Below are positions 1 through 9,735 of a stretch of DNA of 23,864 bases, piece after piece (within the stretch, counting starts at the first letter, position 1; each line of letters starts with the position of its first letter). The position numbers were made by a program, and so were the translations under genes. Origin of the DNA: Promethearchaeota archaeon (GTDB taxonomy: Archaea > Asgardarchaeota > Lokiarchaeia > Sigyniarchaeales > SOKP01). The DNA is taken from positions 1 to 23,864 of the forward strand of contig JBHLOC010000041.1 of assembly GCA_048940925.1 (NCBI GenBank), written 5' to 3'. The notes under the pieces were generated by a model, which did no database searches, was not told where the DNA came from, and saw only the letters and a list, made by a program, of their open reading frames with translations.

Positions 1-261
1 TTGTAGTAATTTTCTAACTGAACTTTATAATTTAGAAACATCTTTGTTTGCTATTATATCCAATTTTATTAACAACTTCAACTAAATTATCAATCAGTTT
101 AAATGAAAAGCATATACTTTTTCCATCAAAACGTTTAAATTAAACTTTTGTTTTAATTCCTTTTTATTTTCAAAAGAGAAGCTATTTTCTAAAAATAACA
201 ATAAGTTTTAAGAGTATAGATTATAATTAAAATTTATATCGGTAATTTTAGTCATGAAAAA

Positions 262-1014
262 ATGTCTGACACGGATTATGTGATAAAAGCTCGAAACTTG
301 GTAAAAATTTACAAGCAGGGCAATGTAAGAGCTGTAGATGGTTTGGATTTAAGTATTCGCAAGGGTGAAATCTATGCATTCATAGGAGCAAATGGATCTG
401 GTAAAACTACCGCTATAAAAATGTTAACAGGAGTTCTGGATCCTACTTCTGGATCGATAAGTGTTTTCGGTTTGAGTGTCCCTAAAAACCGAAAAGTAAT
501 TGCTCATAATATAGGAATAGCCCCTCAAGAATATTCATTATATGACGATCTTACAGTGATGGAAAATATCAAATTTTTTGGTCGGTTGTATGGAATGAAT
601 AAACATGAGTTTAAAGCAAAAATTGATAACTTAATCCAAATTTTACGTCTTGAAGTGAAAAAAGACACTTTAGTTTCCAATCTTTCTGGTGGGATGAAAC
701 GTCGTGTGAGTATTGCTTGTGCATTGATTCATTCCCCTCGTGTAGTATTTTTTGATGAAGCTACAGTTGGTATTGATCCTATTCTTCGTAAATTCTTCTG
801 GGAATATTTTAATGAGCTTAAAAAAGAAGGACTGAGTCTTATTCTTACTTCACATGTAATGGATGAGGCTGAAAGAGCAGACAGGATTGGCTTAATACGT
901 GAAGGTAAACTTATTGACGAGGGAACGCCTAATTCCTTAAAAGAGAAACATCATGTTAATACGATTGAGGAAGTATTCTTAAAATTAAGTGATGAGGTGA
1001 TCACAGATGACTGA
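262..1014 (+). CDS. ABC-2 type exporter ATP-binding subunit (DrrA/CcmA-like)
   Basis: Walker A GANGSGKTT, signature LSGGMKRR, Walker B VVFFDE, H-loop TSH; its TGA stop overlaps the start of the permease. Confidence 0.95.
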   Translation: MSDTDYVIKARNLVKIYKQGNVRAVDGLDLSIRKGEIYAFIGANGSGKTTAIKMLTGVLDPTSGSISVFGLSVPKNRKVIAHNIGIAPQEYSLYDDLTVMENIKFFGRLYGMNKHEFKAKIDNLIQILRLEVKKDTLVSNLSGGMKRRVSIACALIHSPRVVFFDEATVGIDPILRKFFWEYFNELKKEGLSLILTSHVMDEAERADRIGLIREGKLIDEGTPNSLKEKHHVNTIEEVFLKLSDEVITDD

Positions 1015-2203
1015 AGAAGACATTAAAAATAAGAAGTCAAGGGAACATTTAAAAACCTCGCATTTTTCTTTTAACAGGGTTTTTTTGATAGCACGTCGCG
1101 TTTTACGGCAAATAAGTCGCGATCGACGAACTTTCGGAATGATTATTATAATGCCTATTACAATAATGCTTATTTTTGGTTTTGCGCTTGGAGGAGATAT
1201 AAAAAATATACCAATTTTAGTTGATGATAAGGATAGAGCTTATACCGCAATGATTGCTCCTGGTGTGAATGAAACATTTTCATTTGGTGAAAATATAACA
1301 ACCGCATTAAAAAATGATGATAGAGTACATTATAATGTAGGAAATTTTCTTAATAATAAAAAAAATGTTGATAATGGTAAATATTATGCTGCTATTTATA
1401 TTCCATCTAATTTCTCAGAGTCTATTTACAACAAAACACAAGGAAATCAAATAAATGTCACTATTTTTCTTTATATTGATGCCACCAAACCCTCAATAAA
1501 AGCCACTATCCTTGTTGCCATACAAGATGCTATGCAATCAGCTCTTGGTAATAAAGGAATAACAATTGATGAAGAATTTGCTTTTGGAGGAGTAAAGTTT
1601 AGTGGATTAGATACCAGTATCCCTTCAGTAATAGCTTTTGTAATAACTTTCCTTATATTATTAATCTCATTACTCACGATAAAGCGAGAATCTATAGGTG
1701 GTACAGAGGAACGATTGTATGCTACACCCTTACGAGCATCAGAAAGGTTGGTTGGATACACAATTGCATTAACTATTCTTGCTCTTATTATGGTAACTGC
1801 TATCTTATTAATTAGTATTCTTCTATTTGGCGCTATTATTCAAGGTGACATCATTTTACTTGTTATTATGCTCTCGTTGTTCTCTCTTCTTCACGTTCTT
1901 CTAGCCGTTTTCTTATCAAATTTTGCTAAAAATGAGTTACAAGCTATACAAATCGCTCCTTTAATTGCTCTTCCCTCTATGGCATTAAGTGGATTGCTCG
2001 TTCCCGTCAATAGTTTTCCATTCTTTGTTCAAATTATTGCAAGATTTATTCCATTATATTACGGAAATCGAATATTTGAGGGAATAATGTTAAAAGGATG
2101 GAATATTACTCAATTATGGCCAGACGTACTTATAATTTCCTTAATGGCTTTGATATTTCTTGTATTAGCAATGTTTACTGTCAGAGATAAAATTAAAGCA
2201 TAA
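1007..2203 (+). CDS. ABC-2 type transporter permease (YbhR/YbhS-like)
   Basis: N-terminal TM after RDRRT, large extracytoplasmic loop, about 5 further TMs, RE..GT.ERL..TP motif; overlaps the ATPase gene. Confidence 0.92.
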   Translation: MTEEDIKNKKSREHLKTSHFSFNRVFLIARRVLRQISRDRRTFGMIIIMPITIMLIFGFALGGDIKNIPILVDDKDRAYTAMIAPGVNETFSFGENITTALKNDDRVHYNVGNFLNNKKNVDNGKYYAAIYIPSNFSESIYNKTQGNQINVTIFLYIDATKPSIKATILVAIQDAMQSALGNKGITIDEEFAFGGVKFSGLDTSIPSVIAFVITFLILLISLLTIKRESIGGTEERLYATPLRASERLVGYTIALTILALIMVTAILLISILLFGAIIQGDIILLVIMLSLFSLLHVLLAVFLSNFAKNELQAIQIAPLIALPSMALSGLLVPVNSFPFFVQIIARFIPLYYGNRIFEGIMLKGWNITQLWPDVLIISLMALIFLVLAMFTVRDKIKA

Positions 2204-2512
2204 ATGATATTTAATGCATCAATTCAATAGATATCTTTGCACTTGATGCTTTAAATTTCATTATTAATCTAAATATAAGAATCCTATTATTGTCCAAATC
2301 CAAATTATGAACTATTTCTTTGCTGAAAAGATTCAATACCAGAAACTAGGCTTTCAATTATTACTGTATATTGAATAATCTATAGACTAACCACTTGTTA
2401 TTGGTATAAAGTCTAAAGTAGTTTCTAAAAATATAAACTGATAAACTTCCATTGAAAATAAAAAAAGAATATCCAAACCTTAGTATTTTTATTATGCTAC
2501 CTAAACTACTCC

Positions 2513-2674
2513 TTAAACCTCTTTTGGAGTATCATCATTTATATCATCAAAATTATTTAACTCTTTTTCATCATGAAAAAAACAACACCCATTTGAAATA
2601 CGATATTCATCCTCCTCAGCAACTTCTTGAGGATCATCCCCTTTACTAATTAAGAGTTTTTTCCATTTTTCCAT
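2513..2674 (-). CDS. small acidic hypothetical protein (53 aa), absent from the ORF track
   Basis: Read manually: ATG at 2674 preceded by AAGG, MEKWKKLLISKGDDPQEVAEEDEYRISNGCCFFHDEKELNNFDDINDDTPKEV, TAA at 2513-2515; GAN-rich, coding-like codon use; the + ORF 2452..2649 looks like its shadow. Confidence 0.5.
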   Translation of the reverse strand: MEKWKKLLISKGDDPQEVAEEDEYRISNGCCFFHDEKELNNFDDINDDTPKEV

Positions 2675-2967
2675 CCTTAATCAAACAAAGATGCAAAACT
2701 AACTTAATAAATGTTATCTCTTAGTTTTATTAATAATTAGAATGATTCACTTCACTTTGATAATCATTAAGAAAATTTAAAAAGACATATCTTTAGCAAA
2801 AATTAGAAAGATATTAGATCCACTCCTATCCATGTAATATATTTTAAAAGTTTACTCCAAATTAGATAGAGATGAAGAGAAAAAACTGATTTTAAATTCG
2901 ATGAACAAATTCAGAAATTGATTTTCTATCAAATAAAAATAAAAAAAGAATTAAATGAATTAAATAT

Positions 2968-3975
2968 TCATAACCTTTTTACAATTAATTCAGCCATACG
3001 GTTAGAGAAACCCCACTCATTATCATACCAGCTCAATACAAAAACTTCATCTTCGATAACCTTAGTCCAAAGACTACTGAATACTGAGCTGTGTGAATTG
3101 CCAATAATATCACTACTTACGATAGGGTCATCAACATAATCTAAGATGCCATTTAAATTATTATTAGAAGCCTCTTTCATCTTAGAATTTATTTCTTCAG
3201 CTGTACATCTATTTTCAACAATAGCTTTTAAATCAACTACACTCCCATCAAGCGTAGGAACTCTTACAGCAATACCATCTAATTTTCCTTTTAAATCAGG
3301 AAAAACTAATCCAATTGCTTTCGCAGCACCAGTTGAGGTTGGAATCATATTAGCAGCTGCTGCTCGTCCCCTTATCATTTTTTCAGGAGTTCCTGCTCTT
3401 GCAATATCAGCCGTTGTTTGATCATTTGTATAACTGTGAATTGTTGTCATTAGCCCATATTTTATGTTGAAATTTTCATGCAAGACTTTCACTACAGGTC
3501 CGAGGCAATTCGTCGTACACGAAGCATTTGAAATAATTTTATGCTCATTTGTGATCTTATCATCATTGCATCCGAGTACTACAGTTATATCTGGATCTGT
3601 AGCTGGAGCACTTATTAAAACTCTTTTGGCTCCAGCAGATAAATGTTTGCTAGCCCCTTCTCTATTAACAAATCGACCAGTACTTTCAACAGCGACATCA
3701 ATATTATTACTACTATGGGGCAAATTCGCGGGATCTCTCTCAGCTGTAATAGGAATATTCTTACCATGTATAATCAATGAATTTTCGGTGGATTCTACGT
3801 TTCCTTTAAATTTTCCGAAGACAGAATCATATTTTAAAGCATAAGCCAGATATTTTGGGTCAAAAAGGTCATTGATGGAAACAACATCAATATCATCCCA
3901 GAAATTATCATATATCGCTCTAAAAAATAATCGACCGATTCTTCCAAAACCATTAATTGCGACTCTTTTAGACAT
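2968..3975 (-). CDS. gap: class I glyceraldehyde-3-phosphate dehydrogenase
   Basis: INGFGRIGR NAD-binding motif, catalytic NASCTTNC, PTSTGAAKA, WYDNEWGFS; ATG at 3975 (MSKRVAING) preferred over GTG at 3984. Confidence 0.96.
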   Translation of the reverse strand: MSKRVAINGFGRIGRLFFRAIYDNFWDDIDVVSINDLFDPKYLAYALKYDSVFGKFKGNVESTENSLIIHGKNIPITAERDPANLPHSSNNIDVAVESTGRFVNREGASKHLSAGAKRVLISAPATDPDITVVLGCNDDKITNEHKIISNASCTTNCLGPVVKVLHENFNIKYGLMTTIHSYTNDQTTADIARAGTPEKMIRGRAAAANMIPTSTGAAKAIGLVFPDLKGKLDGIAVRVPTLDGSVVDLKAIVENRCTAEEINSKMKEASNNNLNGILDYVDDPIVSSDIIGNSHSSVFSSLWTKVIEDEVFVLSWYDNEWGFSNRMAELIVKRL

Positions 3976-4528
3976 ATTTATCACTTTTTTAAATTATTTT
4001 AAAATAAAAGAAATTACAATTCAAATATGTGGTAGATTATTTTTTAATTTTATAGTTTATATTTTTCTACATCAAAGAATGATACATGGGATATTTTTAG
4101 TGTAAGAAAATGAAAGTGAAAGCAAAAAATAGTTGATATTTGAGATTGAGTTTATTGCAGAAAGACTACTGTTCATTTTTTAGGTGTTTCATGCTGTAAA
4201 TTTAGTAGTATTTTTCTACACAAACAATTACTTCTCCTAAATTAATAATCTTATCCATAGCTTCATATTTTTATGATGCTATGCATACTACAAAAGTAAT
4301 TGAAATCATATTCTTATAATTTTTAGATTTGATTAAAAGAATGAAATTCTGATGGAGTATATTTTTGATGGGAATATAATGTTAACAATCTGAAAAAAAA
4401 CCGTAGGTTTAACATTTTCATGCATTAAATATTATCTACTTTTTAAAATCATAAATGAATCATAATAAAAACCTTTTTAATCAAGAAGAAGCTTGACATT
4501 ATAAATATTTAAAATTAAGTTTATTATA

Positions 4529-5959
4529 ATGGTAGAATATAAATGGAAAGTGTTAGTAATAACCACTATTGGAGTATTCATGTCTTCTCTAGATGGAAGT
4601 ATTGTGAATATCGCAATTCCTTCAATTTCGAGAGATTTGGGTACATCATTTGAAGTAGCTCAATGGATTCCGATTATATATTTATTAGTAAATGCGGTTA
4701 CTCTTATTAGTTTTGGAAGGTTATCTGACCTTAAAGGAAGAAAATTATTCTTCCTCCTGGGAATTTTTCTTTTTACTATTTCAAGCTTCTTAACTGTATT
4801 TGCTTCTTCAGGGATAATAGTAATAATTTTTCGAGCAATTCAAGGAATTGGAAGCGCCTTTATTTCAGCAAATGCGCCCTCAATGATAACAGACATTTTT
4901 CCTCGTCAAGAAACGGGAAAGGCATTAGGAATAAATGTAGCAACAATTTATACAGGTTTAGTAATAGGACCGGTATTAGGAGGATTTATTGTCCAATTTA
5001 CTACTTGGAGGCTTATATTTTTTATTAATATTCCAATAGGAATTGTCCTTTTTATTATCGGTTGGTTTAAATTAAAAAAAGTAGATCAAGGAATTGAGGA
5101 GGAAAGTTTTGATTTTCGAGGGACAATTTTGTTTGGATTATTCTTAGCATCACTTCTTTTAGCACTAACATTTACAAATATTTTAGGATGGCTTTCGTAT
5201 GTGGTTATTTCATTATTTATTATTTCAACCATAGGCATAATTTTTTTCATCTATATCGAAAACAAAACCAAATATCCTTTATTTAAACTTAGCTTATTTA
5301 GAAAAAATAGAATATTTTCTTTTGCTAATTTTGCTGCTTTATTAAACTATATTGCAATTTCTGGAATAAGTTTTTTGTTGTCAATCTATCTTCAATCGAT
5401 TTTAGGCATCCGACCAGCTATTACAGCTTTATATTTACTTCCAACAACAATCACTATGGCAGCTATAGCCCCATTAAGTGGGAGACTTTCTGATAAATAT
5501 GGGACTAGGATCTTAACAACATCAGGTATGATTATTATGGCAGTTGGTTTTATCCTTTTAATTCTAGTAATAGCGTTTTTACCATTAATATACATTATTA
5601 TAACTCAATTTGTTGTTGGGTTAGGGGTTGGATTTTTTTCATCTCCTAATAATTCAGCAATAATGAATGCAGTTGAACCAAGAGATCATGGAATAGCAGC
5701 AGGTACGCTCTCAACCATGCGTGTTGTAGGGCAATCAATAAGTGTAGCTCTATTAAGTGCAATTTTGACTATTTTTATTCCTATTACCATATTGAATCCT
5801 ATATTATCAAATCCAACAGTAATAACAGATCCATCAGCAATAACTAAATTTACTAGGGGTATGCAGGTGGTATTATTAACTTCAACCATTATTTGCTTTG
5901 CCGCAGCTTTACTGTCATACATGAGAGGTAAAAAGATTTCATCTAATAACCCCCTTTAA
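4529..5959 (+). CDS. MFS transporter, DHA2 (EmrB/QacA) family
   Basis: LDGSIVNIAIP, motif A GRLSDLKGRK, GPVLGG, WRLIFFINIPIG; about 14 TM helices. Confidence 0.92.
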   Translation: MVEYKWKVLVITTIGVFMSSLDGSIVNIAIPSISRDLGTSFEVAQWIPIIYLLVNAVTLISFGRLSDLKGRKLFFLLGIFLFTISSFLTVFASSGIIVIIFRAIQGIGSAFISANAPSMITDIFPRQETGKALGINVATIYTGLVIGPVLGGFIVQFTTWRLIFFINIPIGIVLFIIGWFKLKKVDQGIEEESFDFRGTILFGLFLASLLLALTFTNILGWLSYVVISLFIISTIGIIFFIYIENKTKYPLFKLSLFRKNRIFSFANFAALLNYIAISGISFLLSIYLQSILGIRPAITALYLLPTTITMAAIAPLSGRLSDKYGTRILTTSGMIIMAVGFILLILVIAFLPLIYIIITQFVVGLGVGFFSSPNNSAIMNAVEPRDHGIAAGTLSTMRVVGQSISVALLSAILTIFIPITILNPILSNPTVITDPSAITKFTRGMQVVLLTSTIICFAAALLSYMRGKKISSNNPL

Positions 5960-6357
5960 TTACTTCCCGCATCAAGAATTTTATATCTTAACCTTTATAT
6001 GAGAAGATTAATTGTCTCATTGAATTTATAATATGTTTAAATTGTATATCTTACTGAATTAATTTGTTTTACTTTTTCTTCGCAAGATATAAAAAGAATG
6101 CATGTTACAAATTGAGGGTGAATGTTATTATACTATATTATATGATGCATTGATAATAGGAGATGCGTTTGACAATTGTTTTCTAAATAGAGCAACTTTT
6201 GAAAAAAAATATTAGAGAAAAAAAATCCTCCTTCACTTTTTCAAATGAAGTTTACAGGATCCATGTATTTCTACACTATTTGTCATAATTCATATTTTTT
6301 TTTCTAATTCTATTTAATTTTAATGAATTTTAAATCATATCTTAAGTTAAAGATATT

Positions 6358-7149
6358 ATGAGTAGTCAAGAATTAATTTTATATGAAGTAAAGGGACGTA
6401 TTGCAAAAATTACAATAAATAGACCAGATAAGGCGAACTCCTGCAATGTGTATATGTTAAAAAGAATTTATGATAATTTAAATAAAGCTGATAATAATGA
6501 GAGAGTGAAATGCATTATTATAAATAGTTCAGGACAAAGATTCTTTTCTGCTGGATATGATCTTAAAGAAATACAAGGTACTCCTGAAAATGCAGCTAAA
6601 ATACAAGAATGGGGTAGAAAAATCAATGAATTTATACTCCTTATGAAAAAACCTGTAATTACGCAGGTTCAAGGCATCGCAGTTGGTTTTGGTGTTTTGC
6701 TGATATTAGCTTCTGATTTAAGAATTTTTGCAGACAGACCAAAAGAAGAATTGTATTTAAGGTTACCAGAACTCGCAATTTCAGCTTTTCCACAAACTGG
6801 GGCAACATTTTTACCATTAATGGCATTTGGATTTAGCTATGCAAAATATGCTCTTTTCAGTGCTGATAAAATTGGATTAGAAGAACTAAAAAATATAAAT
6901 TTCCCTACAAGAATTTTTCCATTTGATCAACTTGAGGAGGAAACAATTACTTTCGTAAGGGGATTGACTAAATATCAAACAGAATTCCTCTTTTTTACTA
7001 AATCTATGCTAACAATTATGCAAAAAAACAATATTAAATCCTATTTTGATTTAGAAGATGAATGCGGTAAGATTGCATATGCAAAAGAGAAAAAATCTAT
7101 AGAGGAACTAGATGAGTTTATTAAAAGCTTACATAAGAAATATGGTTAA
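6358..7149 (+). CDS. enoyl-CoA hydratase/isomerase (crotonase superfamily) protein
   Basis: ITINRPDKANS, FSAGYDLKE oxyanion-hole motif, KPVITQVQGIAVGFG, LPE motif. Confidence 0.88.
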   Translation: MSSQELILYEVKGRIAKITINRPDKANSCNVYMLKRIYDNLNKADNNERVKCIIINSSGQRFFSAGYDLKEIQGTPENAAKIQEWGRKINEFILLMKKPVITQVQGIAVGFGVLLILASDLRIFADRPKEELYLRLPELAISAFPQTGATFLPLMAFGFSYAKYALFSADKIGLEELKNINFPTRIFPFDQLEEETITFVRGLTKYQTEFLFFTKSMLTIMQKNNIKSYFDLEDECGKIAYAKEKKSIEELDEFIKSLHKKYG

Positions 7150-7206
7150 TCAAATATTAAAAGATTTAAATCATTTTAACCTAAACTTTTATTCTTAAAA
7201 TGGTTT

Positions 7207-7704
7207 TTATTGTTCTAAATATGGAAGTTTCTTAATTATCATTGTTGTTTTAGTACCCTTAATCAATTTATGAAATTCTGCTCTAGGAATTTGCAATGTC
7301 TCATTATTTATGTTTGGATGACAACAAACCTCTTTTGCATTCCAGATATTTTCATCAACCATGAAAATAACTTTATCTTCAATATCATTAACTAATCCAA
7401 TCGGAGAGACAGCACCAGGAGTGATACCTAAAAGTTCAAAGAGATCTTCTGGGCTACCAAAGCGAACTTTAGGAGCATTTATTGATCTTCGGAATTGATT
7501 TAAATCAAGTCGTTTATCATGAGGCATTGTTACAAGAAAAAATTGACCCAATTTCTTATTCTTCAGAAATAAATTTTTACAATGAGTTCCTGGGATGTGA
7601 CTACAATGTTTTCTTGCTTCTGGTACTGTAAATACAGGAGGGTGAGTATGCAGTACATATTGGATATCATGGTTCTTTAACCATTGCTTTAATGAATCGT
7701 CCAC
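7207..7704 (-). CDS. YbaK/ProX-family aminoacyl-tRNA deacylase (PrdX/ProXp-ala-like)
   Basis: HPPVFTV, KNLFLK, LGITPGAVSPIGL, HPNINNET motifs; GTG start. Confidence 0.88.
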   Translation of the reverse strand: MDDSLKQWLKNHDIQYVLHTHPPVFTVPEARKHCSHIPGTHCKNLFLKNKKLGQFFLVTMPHDKRLDLNQFRRSINAPKVRFGSPEDLFELLGITPGAVSPIGLVNDIEDKVIFMVDENIWNAKEVCCHPNINNETLQIPRAEFHKLIKGTKTTMIIKKLPYLEQ

Positions 7705-7796
7705 TTTTTTCTCAACAAAAGATGTCTTTCGAATGATTTATCTCTAAAATCAAGAATTAATAATAAATAGAAGTATAAAATAATAACAAAATAAAA

Positions 7797-8567
7797 TTAA
7801 GATTCTTCTTCTGTTTCTTCTCTTCCGAGTAATCTAACTACTGCATCAGCTAATTTATTTTGGCTCCTACTCATTATTCCTTTAATCTTACCTTCTTTTC
7901 CGAGAACTCTTAACATGATGCCGTTCCAAATCGAAGAAGGTTCTCCCTTTATGCTTTTAAATCTATCGCGATGAACGTCAACACTAATGTTCTCATAATT
8001 CTTGGCAGCTTCACTGCATTTGAAACATAAAATACACTTATCTCTATCAACTTCAATTTCTTTGCCTTTTCTTTCCATCGCACTCACAGCACATTCATCA
8101 CAAAACGCATCCAAAATTTTCGTGTCTTTTTCATTGCAAGTGATTGTTATTGAACCCTCAACAACTTTTCGAACTTTATTCCCATTCTCCAGTGTTCGAA
8201 CTTCTTCCTCAAATTCAGGAAGAGAACCATTTTCTACCAATAACAGTTTATTCTCTCCATTCACAAGTAATTCTAAGGTGTAACCTGGACAAATCCACGT
8301 GCATGAACCACACCATACACACTTTTCTGTATCAACGACAATCTTTTTATCAGATTCAATATTCATCTCTTCTGGAGTTCCAATAGCAGTTTTTTTATAA
8401 GGTTCATCATAGATAGAGACTGTAACGGGGCATACTCTATGGCAAAAACCGCATTCCAGGCATTTACTCTCGTCATACTTTAGAATCATTTCATGATTAA
8501 GCATCTTGAACTGATAATGAGTTATACTCTCATCAACTTGAATCGCTTTTTTTGATGGTAACGACAT
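7797..8567 (-). CDS. 4Fe-4S ferredoxin-domain protein, FwdF/FmdF-like, with two intact and two degenerate cluster motifs
   Basis: CLECGFCHRVCP and CVWCGSCTWICP intact; later C..FCDECA and CILCFKCSEAA incomplete. Confidence 0.75.
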   Translation of the reverse strand: MSLPSKKAIQVDESITHYQFKMLNHEMILKYDESKCLECGFCHRVCPVTVSIYDEPYKKTAIGTPEEMNIESDKKIVVDTEKCVWCGSCTWICPGYTLELLVNGENKLLLVENGSLPEFEEEVRTLENGNKVRKVVEGSITITCNEKDTKILDAFCDECAVSAMERKGKEIEVDRDKCILCFKCSEAAKNYENISVDVHRDRFKSIKGEPSSIWNGIMLRVLGKEGKIKGIMSRSQNKLADAVVRLLGREETEEES

Positions 8568-8636
8568 TTTTTCTCTTATTCGTTTTGAATTTAAGATTAA
8601 TTATTTATAATTCATAAAAGATAATAAAAGTTACAT
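8560..8636. repeat. direct repeat copy 1 (start codon and upstream region of the ferredoxin gene)
   Basis: aacgacatttt at 8560; 8582-8636 matches 9536-9590 at 49/55 by manual count, first 24 bp identical (gttttgaatttaagattaattatt). Confidence 0.85.
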
Positions 8637-8755
8637 TTAAGCTTGTATTAATAAGATTGAAAATAATTATTGACGAAAGTTATATATAAATAATATTCTT
8701 TTTTATACATAATCCAACCTTTATAAGAGTTCCTGATAAGCAATTATATTCTTTT

Positions 8756-9502
8756 ATGTCAAATAATTTCAGTGAAAAGAAATTAGTTATTTCGATAATC
8801 TTTATACTAATTGTTATTTATCAAATATTTCCATATGCAGTTTCTATACAAGCGCAATCAGATTCATGGAAAGAATATTATGATCATGAAATTGAGCTGA
8901 AATATGATACTCCAACTAAATTAGCAGAAACTTCAATATCATCTGATAATTTTTTTGAAGTTTGGGGAATTCTTTCCTTTACCATTAGGGCTAACTTCTC
9001 GAGTAATAATGGTACAATATGGTTACAAAATCAAAATGAAGAAACTATTTGGAAAGAGGCTCTTAACAATCCCTTTGATAAACATATAAGTGGAAATGAA
9101 TCATCTAAACAGTATAGCTTATGGGCAAATTCTTCAACCTTAGGGACTGATACTTTATATTATAGTTTCTATTATGAAGTATTTCATGGTCCTAATATTG
9201 GTGCTATAATTATAACAATTTTCCTTCTCAGTATACCTGGTATTATCTGCGTCATTTTAATAGGAATGCGAAAATCGAAAGATTCAAGAAGGAGAAAAAA
9301 AGAGCCAAGGGCTGTTAGTACTGCTCTTAGAATCGGAGAGACACTTCAGAAGAAATATGAAGTTAAACATCCTGAAAAAGCGAAAAGGGTTTTAGAAGAC
9401 AAATCAAAAATGAAAAAGATAAAAACATGTCCTAAATGTGGTGCTATTAATGTAGATATTGACGATGACTTCTGTAGAGAATGTGGTTTCAAGTTTAGAT
9501 AG
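8756..9502 (+). CDS. membrane protein with extracellular domain and C-terminal zinc ribbon
   Basis: N-terminal hydrophobic/signal segment, N-x-S/T sequons (NFS, NGT, NES, NSS), TM GAIIITIFLLSIPGIICVILIG, basic linker, CPKCG...CRECG. Confidence 0.8.
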   Translation: MSNNFSEKKLVISIIFILIVIYQIFPYAVSIQAQSDSWKEYYDHEIELKYDTPTKLAETSISSDNFFEVWGILSFTIRANFSSNNGTIWLQNQNEETIWKEALNNPFDKHISGNESSKQYSLWANSSTLGTDTLYYSFYYEVFHGPNIGAIIITIFLLSIPGIICVILIGMRKSKDSRRRKKEPRAVSTALRIGETLQKKYEVKHPEKAKRVLEDKSKMKKIKTCPKCGAINVDIDDDFCRECGFKFR

Positions 9503-9503
9503 A

Positions 9504-9590
9504 AACGACATTTTCTTATTATTTTCTTATTATCTGTTTTGAATTTAAGATTAATTATTAATAATTTATTGAAAATAATAAAAGTTTCAT
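9504..9590. repeat. direct repeat copy 2, containing an internal 11-bp tandem duplication
   Basis: aacgacatttt at 9504, ttttcttatta twice (9511-9532), then 9536-9590 homologous to 8582-8636. Confidence 0.85.
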
Positions 9591-9735
9591 CATTTGTTAT
9601 TAATGATATTTATCAATTTTCTTTTATTATATACTGATTTATTTTTTGAATAATTTTTGGAAAAAAGCACGATATGTTTTTAAAAAAAAATATCTTATTA
9701 TTTTCATAATTGAAGATAGATGGTGAATCTAATTA

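Noticed and set aside
2452-2649. + strand 65-aa ORF
   Set aside because: H/L/P-rich composition is typical of an antisense shadow; the minus-strand ORF 2513..2674 is more coding-like
2675-2700. Sec readthrough extension of the small acidic ORF via the upstream in-frame TGA at 2681-2683
   Set aside because: A TAG lies only a few codons further upstream, and there is no start codon or conserved context
2918-4105. + strand ORFs 2918..3139, 3146..3421, 3464..3844, 3872..4105
   Set aside because: Antisense shadows of gap
4106-4528. Possible gene remnant or ncRNA in a long intergenic region
   Set aside because: Only short stop-riddled frames and no convincing structure seen by eye
5960-6357. Possible gene remnant in an intergenic region
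   Set aside because: No sustained ORF or recognisable motif on either strand
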